Source of the DNA: Stegostoma tigrinum
Lineage: Eukaryota
Length of the DNA stretch: 64,000 nt
NCBI RefSeq assembly: GCF_030684315.1
Contig: NC_081397.1
Coordinates: 2,418,001-2,482,000 of the forward strand
Direction of reading: 5' to 3'
Positions 52,030 through 64,000 of this stretch are shown piece by piece. Each line of letters begins with the position of its first letter. Positions within the stretch are counted from its first letter, which is position 1. The notes under the pieces were generated by a model, which was not told the DNA's origin, did not search any database, and saw only the letters and a list, made by a program, of their open reading frames with translations. A program made the position numbers and the translations under genes.

Positions 52030-53820
52030 GGCACTGTGTAATGTGCATAAATGTTAGGTTATACACATTGGTTGCAAAATAAAAGGAAGGCACTTTATTT
52101 TCTGGACGTCGATAAATGAACACAGTGGAATTTGCAATGAGACCAGGGTGCCCTCACAAATCACTGAAATTAAGCATGTCGGTGTAGAAGGCAGTGAGAA
52201 AGGCAACAGGTATTGTTTTCCTTCATGGAGAGAGAATTAGAGTACAGGAGAAAAGTAGAAATTGTAACAATTTAACAGAGCATCTGTGAGACAACATCGA
52301 GAATACTGACAGCAGGTGTGGCCTCCTTACCTGTGGAAGGATGGTGTTACTATAAAGGTAGCATTAGTGGGCAGATTGCTGGGATGGAAGGAGAGATTGA
52401 ATTGTTTGTGAACTTACGTACTTAGATTCTGAATAATGAGGGATTTTCTTAGAAATCTGTAAGAAACTGGCAGACATAAACAATGTAAATGCTGGAAAAA
52501 TATTCCTGAAGGTGTGAATGACATTTTTCAGAGATGGAATAGGGCATTTAGGGCTGAGAAAGTGAGAGATTTCTTCATACAGAGAACGGTATGCCTCTGG
52601 AATTCTCTACTGCAGAAATCAGCTACATCCAACACACTATATATGATTTCAAAATGTTATAGGGTGTAGCAATTGTGAATAAAGGGAATCTAGGTATAAT
52701 TGGCTTAATGGCAATAGAGAGAGAGTGAGGTGGAGGTCTGTTTGTTTTTAACCCTGGGGGCCTGTCACCAGTGGTTTCCACAGGAATTGGTACTGGCTCT
52801 GTTTTTGTTTGCCATTTATAAAAATGATTGGAATCAGAATATAGAAGGCATGGTAAGCACGTTTGTGAATGCTGGCAAAGTTAGTAGCACAGTGAGTGGA
52901 GAAGGTTTTCTGAGATTGCAAAGGGATCCTGATCCAATCGGTTGGGCTGCAAAATGGCGCTCAACTGGATAACTGTGAGGTTTTGCATTTTGGTGCAACA
53001 TAAAAGTGTAGGCCTTGTACAATTAATGGGTAGTGTTGCAGAACAGAAGGGCCGAGAATTCTTTTCAGTCTGCATCACACCTCAACAGGAAGGCGAAGAA
53101 GGTGTTTGGCACGCTTTACTTCACTGCTGAGTCCTTTGAGTATAGGAGGTGACAATCACATTGACGTTACACAGGGCATTGGGTGAGGCCATTTGGCCAG
53201 TTCGAGGAAGGACAGTGTTAAGGTGGAGACGGTTCAAAAGAGGCTCACCAGTAATTGCCGAGTATGTAGTTTTCGAGTTATAAAGGGAGGATGGAAAGGC
53301 TGGGAGTTTATTTTTCACTCGAGTGTAGCATGTTGAAAGTCAGCTTACAGAAGTTCATAAAATAATGAGGGGGTGAGACAGAGTTAATGGCAGTTGTCTT
53401 TTGCCTGGGATGGGGGTAATTGAGGAGCGGCGTGAACATTTTTACAGTGACAGGAGAGATATTAAAACAAAAGACACGAGGGTTTTATTGTCACAGAGCC
53501 GGCTGCGAGTGGAGTGAACTTCCTGAGGAAACGGCCCATGTGTCTACAAATACAGCCTTGAAACGGCGTTTGGATAAGTAGGTAAATATGACAGGTTTGA
53601 AAGGAAACAGGTAAGGGACAGGCAGGTGGAACTAGTTCAGTTTGGCATTATATTCGGCATGTTATGGTTGGACTGAAGGTTATGCATCCTTGCTGAACGA
53701 CTCCATATGAGAGAAGAACGGACACAGGCTATTGAGTTAGATGACCTGCCATTTTCATGAGTTGGAGGAGTGGTTTGAAGGGCCGATTGGTCAGGCCAAG
53801 TTGCCATTATATGTGTTTCT
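52030..53820 (+). mobile_element. Old CR1 fragments
   Basis: Highly decayed RT C-terminal sequence (FPQELVLALFLFAIYKND, 52730..52972) and 3' UTR motifs. Confidence 0.6.
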
Positions 53821-54162
53821 ATGTCTGATTACTCCCAGAACCGATGTTGAGTATTGTCACCGGAACGAAAATTAAATAAAAACTGATCTGGGTGATCAAT
53901 ATAACTTCAAACCAGATGATTGGCTTTTGCAGCTGAATGTGGAGAAGAGCGAATCTCCGGCAAACCGGCCTCAGAGAGTTTAAGAGTTACTGAGGAGAAA
54001 ATCTCCAACAACTCCCTGATATCCGAGCAAAAGCTGAAAGGAAAACAAATTATATCCTTCCACATTTACATCTGGCCATATTTCTGGCCTGTGACTGTGT
54101 GAATGTGAATATTGAATCAGAGAGACTGTGGGAGACGGGCGGGCGGGTTAGTCTAACGTCAC

Positions 54163-54523
54163 TGTGTTTGTCTGTCCGCTCATATCGTGATATTTCCGAA
54201 TCTCTCTTGTGCAGATCGAAAATATTTTCAATTCCACTTGTCCACCTGCTCCCCCACTAAACCCGAAAGCTAGAATTCAAAGCTGTGTATTTGTTGATTT
54301 CAAGATTTCAGTCCAAAAGTGAGGATAATGCCAGCGCTCAGCTCAGAGAGGGCGATCAGTGCAACAGCAAAATGCGTGTAACTCGACAACGGAGCCGTCA
54401 ATTCGAGTGAAAACTTTTTGGCCGCAAACCTTCCCGTGTCATGGTCAGGAACGATCGAACCTGGCTCTCTGGAGATGCGGAATTGCAGAGGAATTGGAGA
54501 GTTTCTGCCGAGAGAGAAACACA
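54163..54523 (+). promoter_or_regulatory. H1 promoter: TG-box-like TGTGTTT (54163-54169) and H1/AC-box AAACACA (54517-54523)
   Basis: Perfect inverted 8-mers ctgtgttt / aaacacag; TGTGTTT and AAACACA start 354 bp apart. Confidence 0.75.
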
Positions 54524-54669
54524 GAGAGGCAGCAGGAGCAGGGAGCTGAGGGCAGGTTGTCTCCGCGCCGTCCGCTCGCTGCCTTGAAGTTGCTCAGTGC
54601 CGCCACCAGCAGCTTCATTGCTGACCCAGTTCAGTCTGACAGAGAGAGATTCAGCGCAGAGTTCCCGAC

Positions 54670-55308
54670 ATGAGCGAGAGTGCAGCCGCCGAAACGGCTC
54701 CTACAGCCTCCGCCAGCACCAAACCCAAGGCTCCCAAGAAGAAGAAGGCGGCGGCCCCCAGGAAAAAACCAGCCGGTCCCGGGTTGGGCGAGCGGATTGT
54801 GAAGATTGTCGGGGAGAACAGCGATCGGAAGGGGACGTCTCTGGCCGCTATAAAGAAGGCGCTGCAGAGAAGCGGGGTCAATGTGGAGAAGCAGAATGCA
54901 CAGATCAGGATGGCTACCAAGAGGTGCCTGGCGAAAGGCTCCCTGGTTCTGGTGAAGGGCCAGGGCGTCTCCGGCTCCTTCAAACTCCCAAAGAATCAGG
55001 TCAAGGCAAAAGTGGGAAAGAAGGCGAGACCCGCAGCAGCCGCCAAGAAAGCAGCCGTGAAGAAAACAACGGCCAAGAAGGTGGCAGCGAAGAAATCCCC
55101 AGCCAAGAAAGCAACAGGAAAGAAAGCGGCCGGCAAGAAGGCAGCAACGCCAAAGAAAGCGGCGAAGAAAGCAGCGCCTCAGAAAAAGACTCCCGTGAAG
55201 AAGGTGAAAAAGACCAAGAGCCCCAAGGCCGCAAAACCGGCCCCGAAATCGGTGAGAACGAAGGCGAAGGCCAAAGCGAAAGTGACCAAGAAAGCAGCAA
55301 AGAAATGA
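54670..55308 (+). CDS. H1: Histone H1 (linker histone, replication-dependent type)
   Basis: MSESAAAETAP..; globular domain DRKGTSLAAIKKAL..GSLVLVKGQGVSGSFKL; K/A/P-rich tail with SPAK/TPKK/TPVK/SPKA motifs; 212 aa. Confidence 0.96.
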   Translation: MSESAAAETAPTASASTKPKAPKKKKAAAPRKKPAGPGLGERIVKIVGENSDRKGTSLAAIKKALQRSGVNVEKQNAQIRMATKRCLAKGSLVLVKGQGVSGSFKLPKNQVKAKVGKKARPAAAAKKAAVKKTTAKKVAAKKSPAKKATGKKAAGKKAATPKKAAKKAAPQKKTPVKKVKKTKSPKAAKPAPKSVRTKAKAKAKVTKKAAKK

Positions 55309-55344
55309 AGCAGTCGGTGTAACGTGTCACCACCTGAACCCAAA

Positions 55345-55388
55345 GGCTCTTCTCAGAGCCACCCACATCTCTCCAGGAAAGAGCTGAG
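55345..55388 (+). terminator. Histone 3' stem-loop and U7 downstream element (H1)
   Basis: GGCTCT-TCTC-AGAGCC-ACCCA (55345-55365); AAAGAGCTG at 55378-55386. Confidence 0.93.
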
Positions 55389-55408
55389 CCCGGATCAAAT
55401 GATCCCTG

Positions 55409-55588
55409 AGAGAACAAGGTGGAGAGCTGGCTGGACATAACAGGTCAAGCAGCATCAGAGGAGCAGGAAAGCTGACGTTTCGGACCTAGATCCTTCTTCC
55501 TGCTCCTCTGATGCTGCTCGGCTCGCTCTGTCCATCCAACTCTACACCTTATGAAACATTGTCCAGCATCTGCAGCTCCGTCTATAAG
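55409..55588. mobile_element. Fold-back PLE-terminus mini-element with 14-bp target duplication
   Basis: tcaaatgatccctg (55395-55408) / tcaaattatccctg (55589-55602). The paralogous site at 24182-24195 is empty. Confidence 0.8.
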
Positions 55589-56140
55589 TCAAATTATCCC
55601 TGTCCCGGTTCCGAGTGCAGACAGAGCATAAACTTGAATTGATTCTATTAACTCAAATATCACATTTCCTAGAGCGGAGACTGAAAATGAGGATGGTATC
55701 AGGTCGGGAGGGTCACTGGAACTGCATCTGGTTATTTCCTCCCACGGATTGTAATTCTGCCCAGGCACTAATGTCGCATATTGCAGTATAACCCTTCCAG
55801 GAATGATATTTTATCTAACTTTGATGCTACGATCTCTGGCGATGTTTTAACGGTTATTCCTTCCATTTGCCTGCGAAATGCATTTCAGGCAGCAACTGCA
55901 ATTACAAATTAAACATGCCCCGAAAAAAAAAAGGGATTCTGTAATTAATCGCTTTGAAGTTGTTTCAATTGGCGGGTTTGATAAGAGTGATTAACCACGG
56001 TTACCCAGCCGGTTGATCAGTTTGCCTGGGCTGTATTAAACCCCGCGCTTCCCTCCTGAATGGTACATACAGATCAGGCAATGATCCCTTGTCCGGTCCG
56101 CGCTGCCTGCAAACTCGGTTTTAAAAAAATGGGGTTAACA

Positions 56141-56620
56141 GCGCATGCGTGAGGCTGGCCCGGCCCCCAATGTTGCTTTTTGATGACCAGGGGAGCGCAT
56201 GCGTGAGGCCCTCCCCCTGCGCTGTCATTGAGGGGCATTTACTCAGTGAGTGGAAGAGGTTTGTTTGAAACAGACCGCAATGGAGAGACCAGTGCCCAGG
56301 GAAGCGAGGTAGCAGTAGGCTCCTTCCGGCAGCGCATCGAGATGTGAGTCCGGGACACAGAGGGGGGCTCCGAGACCGGCATTGATTCGCGCTCAGTTCA
56401 GGGAGAACCGGGGTCTGTTGGTAAGAGGCCGAGCGGGGCAGGAACTGGTCCCGGAACTTGGAGAGAGAGCGGCCTCGGGGCGGGGAGAGAGAGGCCTTTC
56501 TCGGGCTGTGTGTGGGCCTGCTGAGGGAGACACAGCGGCAAGAAGCTGCTGGGGGTCAGTCTTGTAGCTTTTAGACTTCTCAACACTGACAATTCACTGT
56601 TTGGCTGCTGTTTCACGCTG
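56141..56620 (+). promoter_or_regulatory. GC-rich module C: two NRF1-type sites, putative exon 1 and donor
   Basis: GCGCATGCGT at 56141 and 56195; GTGAGT at 56344-56349. Reverse complement of modules A and B. Confidence 0.65.
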
Positions 56621-57171
56621 TTAGTTGCGAGTTGCCGGGAGCGGGGTTTGGGCGGTGGGACGTGGAGTGGAAGACCTGTAAAGGACGCAGATTGGAGTTA
56701 ACAGCTCATACGTCTCGGGAAAAATATTTGGAATAGCGGCTGTTGTTCTTTCAACAGTCAGTGTGTTGGGATCTGGTAACATGAGCTGTGTCAACGGTGC
56801 AGGATCTTCAGGTAGCACCGTAGATGGAGCTGTGCAATTATTGCTCAGTTTCTGAATCTCACTCACTTGGTATCGAATTACATATTTAAAAACACAATCC
56901 TCAGCCAAGGAGCAGCTCGATGTAAGAATTGAATCAGACTTGTGTTTAAATTGATGCCTTTTAAAGAACAGACACAACTCTCATGACACAATGTTGTGGT
57001 CCAACAGGCTTATTTAAAAATCATAAGCTTTTGGAGTTCTGCTGCTTTGAGAGGTGAAGTTCAAGAAAAGAAACATCCTAATAACTGTTATCTGAATATG
57101 TTAATCTGTTTGATATTGTCAAATTTGACTGATGTTGATTTACGAGAGACATCTCTTCTGTCTTCCTCCAG

Positions 57172-57251
57172 GCAAAATACTTGAAACCAGTTGATGCAAT
57201 ATTTCCTCAGTACAAAGCCGAGTGTGCGCAGTTGCTTCCAACTAACAGCAG
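57172..57251 (+). other. Putative 80-nt exon 2 of module C (donor is GCACGT)
   Basis: tctcttctgtcttcctccAG | gcaaaatac...aacagcag | gcacgt, aligned to the other copies. Confidence 0.45.
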
Positions 57252-57549
57252 GCACGTTCCTGTGATCAGAATGGAGAATATCTTTCCCGTAGTCAGAGCG
57301 GATTGAATCAGACTTACATTGAGCTCAATTTCCAGAGACTTGACCGAGGAAACAACCACCCAATCCCAACTGAGAAAAGGCAAGTTTCTCTTTGTAATGT
57401 TTCCATTGCCAATTGACATCCCGCTAGTTCCAATTAACATCATTCATAGTCCATCAACATTCACATCTTTGAAATGTTAACGGGTGACTCTTTGTTGAAA
57501 GTACTCAAACAAGAACTGAATCCAGTTTACATTTAGGAAATGTACTTTG

Positions 57550-60535
57550 CCTCAAACTGGACAGAGAGAGACTCCTCCTACCACCCCCTTGATCATGACC
57601 CTGCCCTGATCACCAAAACATCATCTCCCAGACCATCCACAACCTCAACCCCTCAGGTAACCTCCTGCCAACAGCCTCCAACCTCATCTTTCCCCAACGC
57701 CATGTTAACTGTTTCTGCCTCATTCCCAAAATCCACAAACCCGACTGCCCCTGTTGACCCATTGCCTCTGCATGACCCCGCCTCACCAAACTTTTATCTC
57801 CAATTATCTCAACTCCCTTTTCTACACCCACCCACCCCACTCCCCAAGGCCAGGAACTCCCACCTATGTCTGTGACACCACCCACATCTTCTCCTTCAAC
57901 CCCCCCCCACTCCCTACAGTCAAAGTGGGTGACCATGGGTACCCGCATGGACCCAAGCTATTCTTGTCTCTTTGTAGGATACATGGACCAGCCCATCTTT
58001 TACAGCTACACTGGCCCCACCCCACTTCCACCATTATATCGATGACTGACTGCATCGATGCTGCCTTGTGCTCCCACACGGAGATCAAACAGCTCATCCA
58101 CTCGACTAACACCTTCCACCCCAAACCTCAAGTTCATTTGGGCCATCTCCAACACATCCCTCACCTTCCTGGACCCCTCAGGTAACCAGCGAGAAACTGA
58201 TGTTCATTTCAAGCCCACCAACTCCTACAGCTACCTAGAATACACCTCCTCCCACCCACCCTCCTGCAAAAATTTCATCCCCCTACTCCCATTTCCTCTG
58301 CCTCTGCCGCATCTGCTCCCAGGATAAGGCATTCCACTCCCGCACGTCCCAGATGTCCAAGTTCTTCAAGGACCGAAACTTCCCCCACAGTGGTTGAGAA
58401 TGCCCTTGACCGCGTCTCCTACATTTCCTGCAACACATCCCTCACACCCTGCCCCCACCACAACTGCCTCAAGAGGATCCCCCTCGTTGTCTCACACCAC
58501 CCTCCTAGCTCCGGACACAACGTATCATCCTCCAACACTTCCACCATCTACAATCCGACCCCACCACCCAAGACCTTTTTCCATCCCCACCCTTCTCTGC
58601 CTTCCGGAGAGACCATTGTCTCCATGACTCCCTTGTTCGCTCCACACTCCCCTCAACCCCACCACACCTGGCACCTTGCCCTGCAACCGCTGGAAGTGCC
58701 ACACTTGCCCACACACCTCCCTCACCCCGATCCCAGGCCCCAAGATGACCTTCCATATTAAGCAGATGTTCACCTGCACATCTGCCAATGTGGTATACTG
58801 TATGCATTGTACCCAGTGTAGCTTCCGGTACATTGGGGAAACCAAGCGGAGGCTTGGGGACTGCTTTGCAGAACACCTCTGCTCAGTTCGCAACAAACAA
58901 CTGCACCTCCCAGCCATGAACCATTTTAACTCCCCCTCCCATTCTTTAGATGACATGTCCATCATGGGCCTCATGCAGTGCCAGAATGATGCCACCTGAG
59001 GGTTGCAGGAACAGCAACTCCTATTCCTCTTGACACCATTGGGATGCAGGGTTCCCAATGTGGACTTCACCAGCTTAAAAATCTCCCCTTCTCCCACCGC
59101 ATCCATAAAGCAGCCCAGGTCTTCCCCTTCGCCCACTGCCTCCCCAAACCAGCCCAACCTATCTCTGCCTCCCTAACCTGTTCTTCCTCTCACCCATCCC
59201 TTACCCCCTCCTCAAGCCGCACCTCCATTTCCTGTCTACTAACCTCATCCCATCTCCTTGACCTGTCCGTCTTCCCTGGACTGACCTATCCCCTCCCTAC
59301 CTCCCCACCTATACTCTCCTCTCCACCTATCATCTTTTCTCTCCATCTTTGGTCCGCCTCCCCCTTGCTCCCTATTTATTCCACATTCCTGTCTGAAGGG
59401 TCTAGGCCCGAAACGTCAGCTTTTGTGCTCCTGAGATGCTGCTTGGCCTGCTGTGTTCATCCAGCTTCACACTTTTATCTTGGATTCTCCAGCATCTGCA
59501 GTTCCCATTATCTCTCAAAGACAAAGACAATATCCTCTTATCATCAAGTGTCACTTCATCAAACTCTGCACTCAAGGCATGAACCTCCACCACTTCTGCC
59601 ACCTTCCATCTCACTCCACTCCCACGGACACTTTTTTCCCCTCCCGACCCTTATCTGCCTCCCAGAGGTACTGCTCTCTCTGACTCCCTTGTCCACTCCA
59701 CACTCCCACTAGCCCCACCATCCTGGCACTTTTCACTGCATCAGCAGGAAGTGCAACACTTGCCCCAACATCTCTCCCCTTATCCCCATCCCAAGCCCCA
59801 AGAAAACCTTCCACATTAAACAGATGTTCATCTACATGTCCTGTAATGGGGTGCATTGTATCCGCTGTTCCCGATGTGCCCCCCTCGACATCGGGCAAAC
59901 CAAGCGGAGGCTTGGAGACTGCTTTGTTGAACACCTACGCTCTGATCTTGACAAATGAATGCAACTCCCAGTTGCGAACCACTTCAGTACCCCCTTCCAC
60001 TCCTTGGACAACATATCCATCCCACGCTACCTCTAGTGCCACAATGTTGCACCAGAAGGCTGCACAAACAGCACCTCATATTGCGCTTGAGAGCCCTGCA
60101 ACCCAATGTTCTCAATGTGAGCTTCAAAATCTCTCCACCCCAAACCCGTCCAGTAGGTCCCTGCCTCCATGACCTGTACATCTTTTCTCTGACCAATCTG
60201 CTCCTTCCACTTCACTGACCAACCCAAACCTGCACTTCTGGCCTAGTCGTGTTATCCCTACCTCCCTGACCACTCCATCTTCCCTCAACTGACCAATCCA
60301 CATCCAAACTCCCTCCCTACACTTACCTTTACTGGCTCCAGCCCTGCCTCCTTGACCTGTCCATCTTCTCTCCACCTATCTGGTACTTATCCACCTTTCA
60401 TTATCATCTCCTCACTTCTCTCTATTTATTGCAGAGTCCCTTTCTCTTCACCCATTTCTAACAGTCCCAAAATGTCAGCTTTCCTGTTCCTCTGCTGCCT
60501 GACCTGCTTTGTTCATCGAGCTCTACACCTTGTTA
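57550..60535 (+). mobile_element. Two tandem decayed PLEs (57550-59512 and 59530-60535)
   Basis: VVYCMHCTQCSFRYIGETKRRL (58676..58999). Terminus with mutated hammerhead core at 59389-59417. Confidence 0.8.
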
Positions 60536-61679
60536 CCCCCTCAATGAAAGACATCATGTTACATAGTTTCAACAACCACATGTGACAAGTAGTGTTACTG
60601 GCAAGTAGCAAATCACTACTGAGCACATGCAGACACACACACAAAGCTGCTGACTGATTCACATTGAGTCCCAAATATGCTGTCTGTATGAACACATAAC
60701 ATACAAAGACTAACAACAATATATACCCATACACACTACAGGTAACAAGTGGATACATACAAAATGTTTACGGCTTTTTTATATAAGCGGAGGAGGAGTC
60801 TACAGGACAGAAAAAAGACCTTTCAGCCCATCAGGTTGATTGCAGACAAAAACAAGCACCTGACAATTCTGATCCCATTCAGCCAGCATTCCATTTCAAT
60901 AAGTGTGCCATGGCAGTATACGATTTGCCAACCCCAACTTCATTACAACGTGATCCTCAACATGTTCACCTTCAGGAACAGAAACCATATTTTCCATCTG
61001 GCTTGCAAAACTTCTTTTTGGATCGGGGGCAGGGTGGCGTCGGTGGGGAAGCATGGAAGTGAATTTGGCAACTAGGTTAAACAGTTTTCTATGTGTCACT
61101 TGCCCCTCCAAATGAAATTACAAAAAAAAAGCCAGAAAACAGAATGCTGTTTCTTCACATTAATGATGGAATCACCATTTAAAGCCACAAAGAATGATCC
61201 ACTGAACTAAATCTTGTATTTGTCAATTATTTTTGGCAAAGAGTTTGACCATGTTCAATAAGTTTAAATCTTCTCCACTGTAAGACAGAAAATACAAGTC
61301 CTTTTGCTTTCTTCATCCCCACAACAGCACATCATAAGAGTATTGCTGCTGCCATGCACCGTCACGCCACAGAGCAGGGTTATGTAATATTCATGAGAAT
61401 AATGAAGTGAATTAGCCAATACCCTTCCCTGTAGAAGGAACATTGTGGTCATTCAGCTGAATACAGTTGATTTGTTCGTTGCCCTTTTCCTTTAGACTCG
61501 AAGGAAGGAATGCCACATCTGTCTATTCCACAGCATTACTCACAGAATTATGTTACTATGCAGTCAGAAAAGCTGATGTTATCAACAGCCCTTGATAACT
61601 TCTCCCAGTTAGCCTGTGCACTGTTGGAGTTACAAAACCTTTTGCTTCTACACAATCCATTGCACAAAACAAATAGATG

Positions 61680-63800
61680 GAGCAATAACTGACAGGTACA
61701 TGTTGATAACTGCACTCATACATTCTTAAAGCAGAAACTGACAGGCATGGACTGACAACTAAATTCACAGATTCACAAAGCAGCAGCTGGCATGTACCAA
61801 TTGGTAACCATGCTTAGATATTCACGTAGCAGAAACATACAGAGAAAGAGTAACATCTGTACCTGTATTTGTGTGGTAGAAACATGTGTACAGATTTCTA
61901 ACTCCACTCATTAACACATACAGCAGAAACTGACAAGGAGAAATTGTTATTTACATTTCTATACCGTAACTGGCAAGTCCAAATTGCTAAGCACATTCAC
62001 AGCACACTCACTCCCTGATAGGGAAAGTTTGATGAATGCCCTGAAATAGTCATGTAGCAGAGACTACCAGTTGCAGACTAATAACTGCACACTCGGATAC
62101 AGAGCTGAAACGGACAGGGACTGACCGGTAAATAGACTCCGATGCTCACATGGTAGTTACAGACAGAACTTTTGATAACACATCTATCCTAGCCACACAG
62201 CAAAAACTGACAGGAACAGATTAATAATAAAACTCCCGATTTCACATTGTTTACACTGACAGGTACAGTTTGATAACTAATCATACACTTTCTCAGCAGA
62301 ATCTGACAAGTACAGATCGATAACTAAACTCAGATTGACAAGCAAATCCAAACAGGTATATAAATGACAACGACACTCACACATTGATCATTAGAAAGCC
62401 AAGGTGTAGGTGCACAACTACCCTCATTCACATGGCAGTAATGGAGAGCTACAGCTTGGTAACTACAGTCACGCACCTTCAGTACAGTAACTGTCAGGGG
62501 CAGGCTGGTGACACTCTCACATTTATATGACAGAAACTAACATGTACTGATAATAACTAAACCCATATGGATATAGCAGAAACTGACAGACTGATAATTA
62601 CACTCTCATTATCACTGCAGAAACTGAGATTTATAACTGCACTGTCACATTCACATAACAGAAACTGAGTGTACACATTTGATGACCATAGTCACACTTC
62701 GTATTGCAATATGTGACAGGGATGGGATGATCCTTCCCTCGAAATATTACAAGAAAGCAAGAAAACAATGTCATTTGTTCAAATTATCAACACAGCTTCC
62801 CACAAAATCCTGATATCCTGAAAATCTACAAAAACTTGTTTGGGTCCTGTCGATTTAGCCACTTTGTATTTTTACTCTTGCTGCCTCTAACAACTCCTGT
62901 TAATGTCATGCAGACTATTTTCAAGACATCCATATTTATTTCCCCAAGTTCCCTGGCCTCCACAAGGACAGGATGATAACTAAACTGATATTCAAGAAAA
63001 AGAAACAGTTGGGGAGAGAATGCTACTTACTCACATTCACAACCATGAAACTGACAAGTGCAGATGAATAACTGCACTCAGATTTACAGAGCAAAGTTGA
63101 TGGTGGCAGCATAACTGCTCTCACTTCTCTGAGCAGAATCTGATGGTGTATGTTCATAACAGAACTCCCTCATTCACCTTGCAGAAACTGACAGGTATAG
63201 ATTAATAACTGCACTCTCAGATTGACAGAGCAGAAACTGACAGGAACAATTTGATAAATAAACTCTCAGCAGAAACTGACAGGTACAGATCAGCTCTCTA
63301 GTGACATTGTAAACCAAGAAAAATTGGTACAAATTAGTAACTGCATAGTAATAATAATTATATTATTAATAATATAATTAATAAATAAATTAACCATTTA
63401 AATTAATAATACAAATTAATAACTAATTAAACACTGAAAAGCACACTCAATTACAGAACAGAAACTGACAATGTAGATATCAGTCTGATATTCATATTCA
63501 CTTGTTTGAAAATGACAATTACGATTGGATGAATATGGTTGCATTTTTACAAGCAGAAACATTCAGAATTATGTTAACAATTGTACCCACACGTTCAAAG
63601 CTCGGAACTTGCAGGTAAAGATGAAAAACCAAGCTCACCTGTTGACATAGCAGAAACTGAGAAGCAAAGATTGAAGCCTACTCTCCTACATTCAGATAGC
63701 AGAAAACAACTGATACAGATGGATAAGTATACTCACCTTGCAGAAACTGACACAAACATTCCCACATCACACACAATCAGGTAAGAACTGACAACAACAT
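61680..63800 (-). repeat. Degenerate ~47-49 bp satellite in opposite orientation
   Basis: Recurrent gcagaaactgacagg..cagatt.ataact.cactc (e.g. 61731, 63181, 63230, 63269). Confidence 0.8.
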
Positions 63801-64000
63801 TCTCATCTTCACAAAGGGGAAAGAAAACCACGGTCAAGTACAGTTTGACTTCTCAAATAAACACAGGGCAGAATCTCATCGGTCCCTGCCAGTCTCTGCT
63901 GTGTGAATACATAAGTAATTTAACAAAGGCTCAGATTGTGTGAGACATGAATAGATAAACAAAAACTCATATCCACAGACACACTCGCATTGTGTAATCC

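Noticed and set aside
56195-56575. Module as 7SK, RNase P/MRP or telomerase RNA
   Set aside because: Only short chance similarities (gatgtgag, gagaaccgggg). No RNase P CR-I/CR-V, no telomerase template, no 7SK GATC stem, and no PSE/TATA seen.
63340-63432. AT-only tract (also 43260-43310)
   Set aside because: Low-complexity TAA/TTA-like sequence with no further structure.

Overview
Eukaryotic, repeat-rich vertebrate DNA. HE1/V-type SINEs, CR1 LINEs and the histone tails point to a cartilaginous fish (shark-like; inference). The window holds a replication-dependent histone cluster: H4(+), H3(+), H2A(-), H2B(-) at 25.5-30.9 kb and an intact H1(+) at 54.7-55.3 kb, each with a 3' stem-loop and downstream element, plus a decayed H1 3' remnant at 24.05-24.2 kb. 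Most other sequence is CR1 LINE fragments (one with a 675-aa RT ORF), Penelope-like elements (PLEs; RT + GIY-YIG, often inverted, with minimal hammerhead ribozyme motifs), fold-back PLE mini-elements, SINEs and a degenerate ~47-49 bp satellite. The best candidate for an undescribed system is a GC-rich module present three times (21.5-21.9, 48.7-49.1, 56.1-56.6 kb). Each copy has NRF1-type GCGCATGCG sites, a GTGAGT donor and a downstream 80-82-nt non-coding exon, followed by paralogous blocks and satellite arrays oriented with the module. This suggests a multi-copy spliced non-coding (lncRNA/piRNA-precursor-like) or long-5'UTR gene family interleaved with the histone genes. All alignments were done by eye, repeat boundaries are approximate, and no database search was run.
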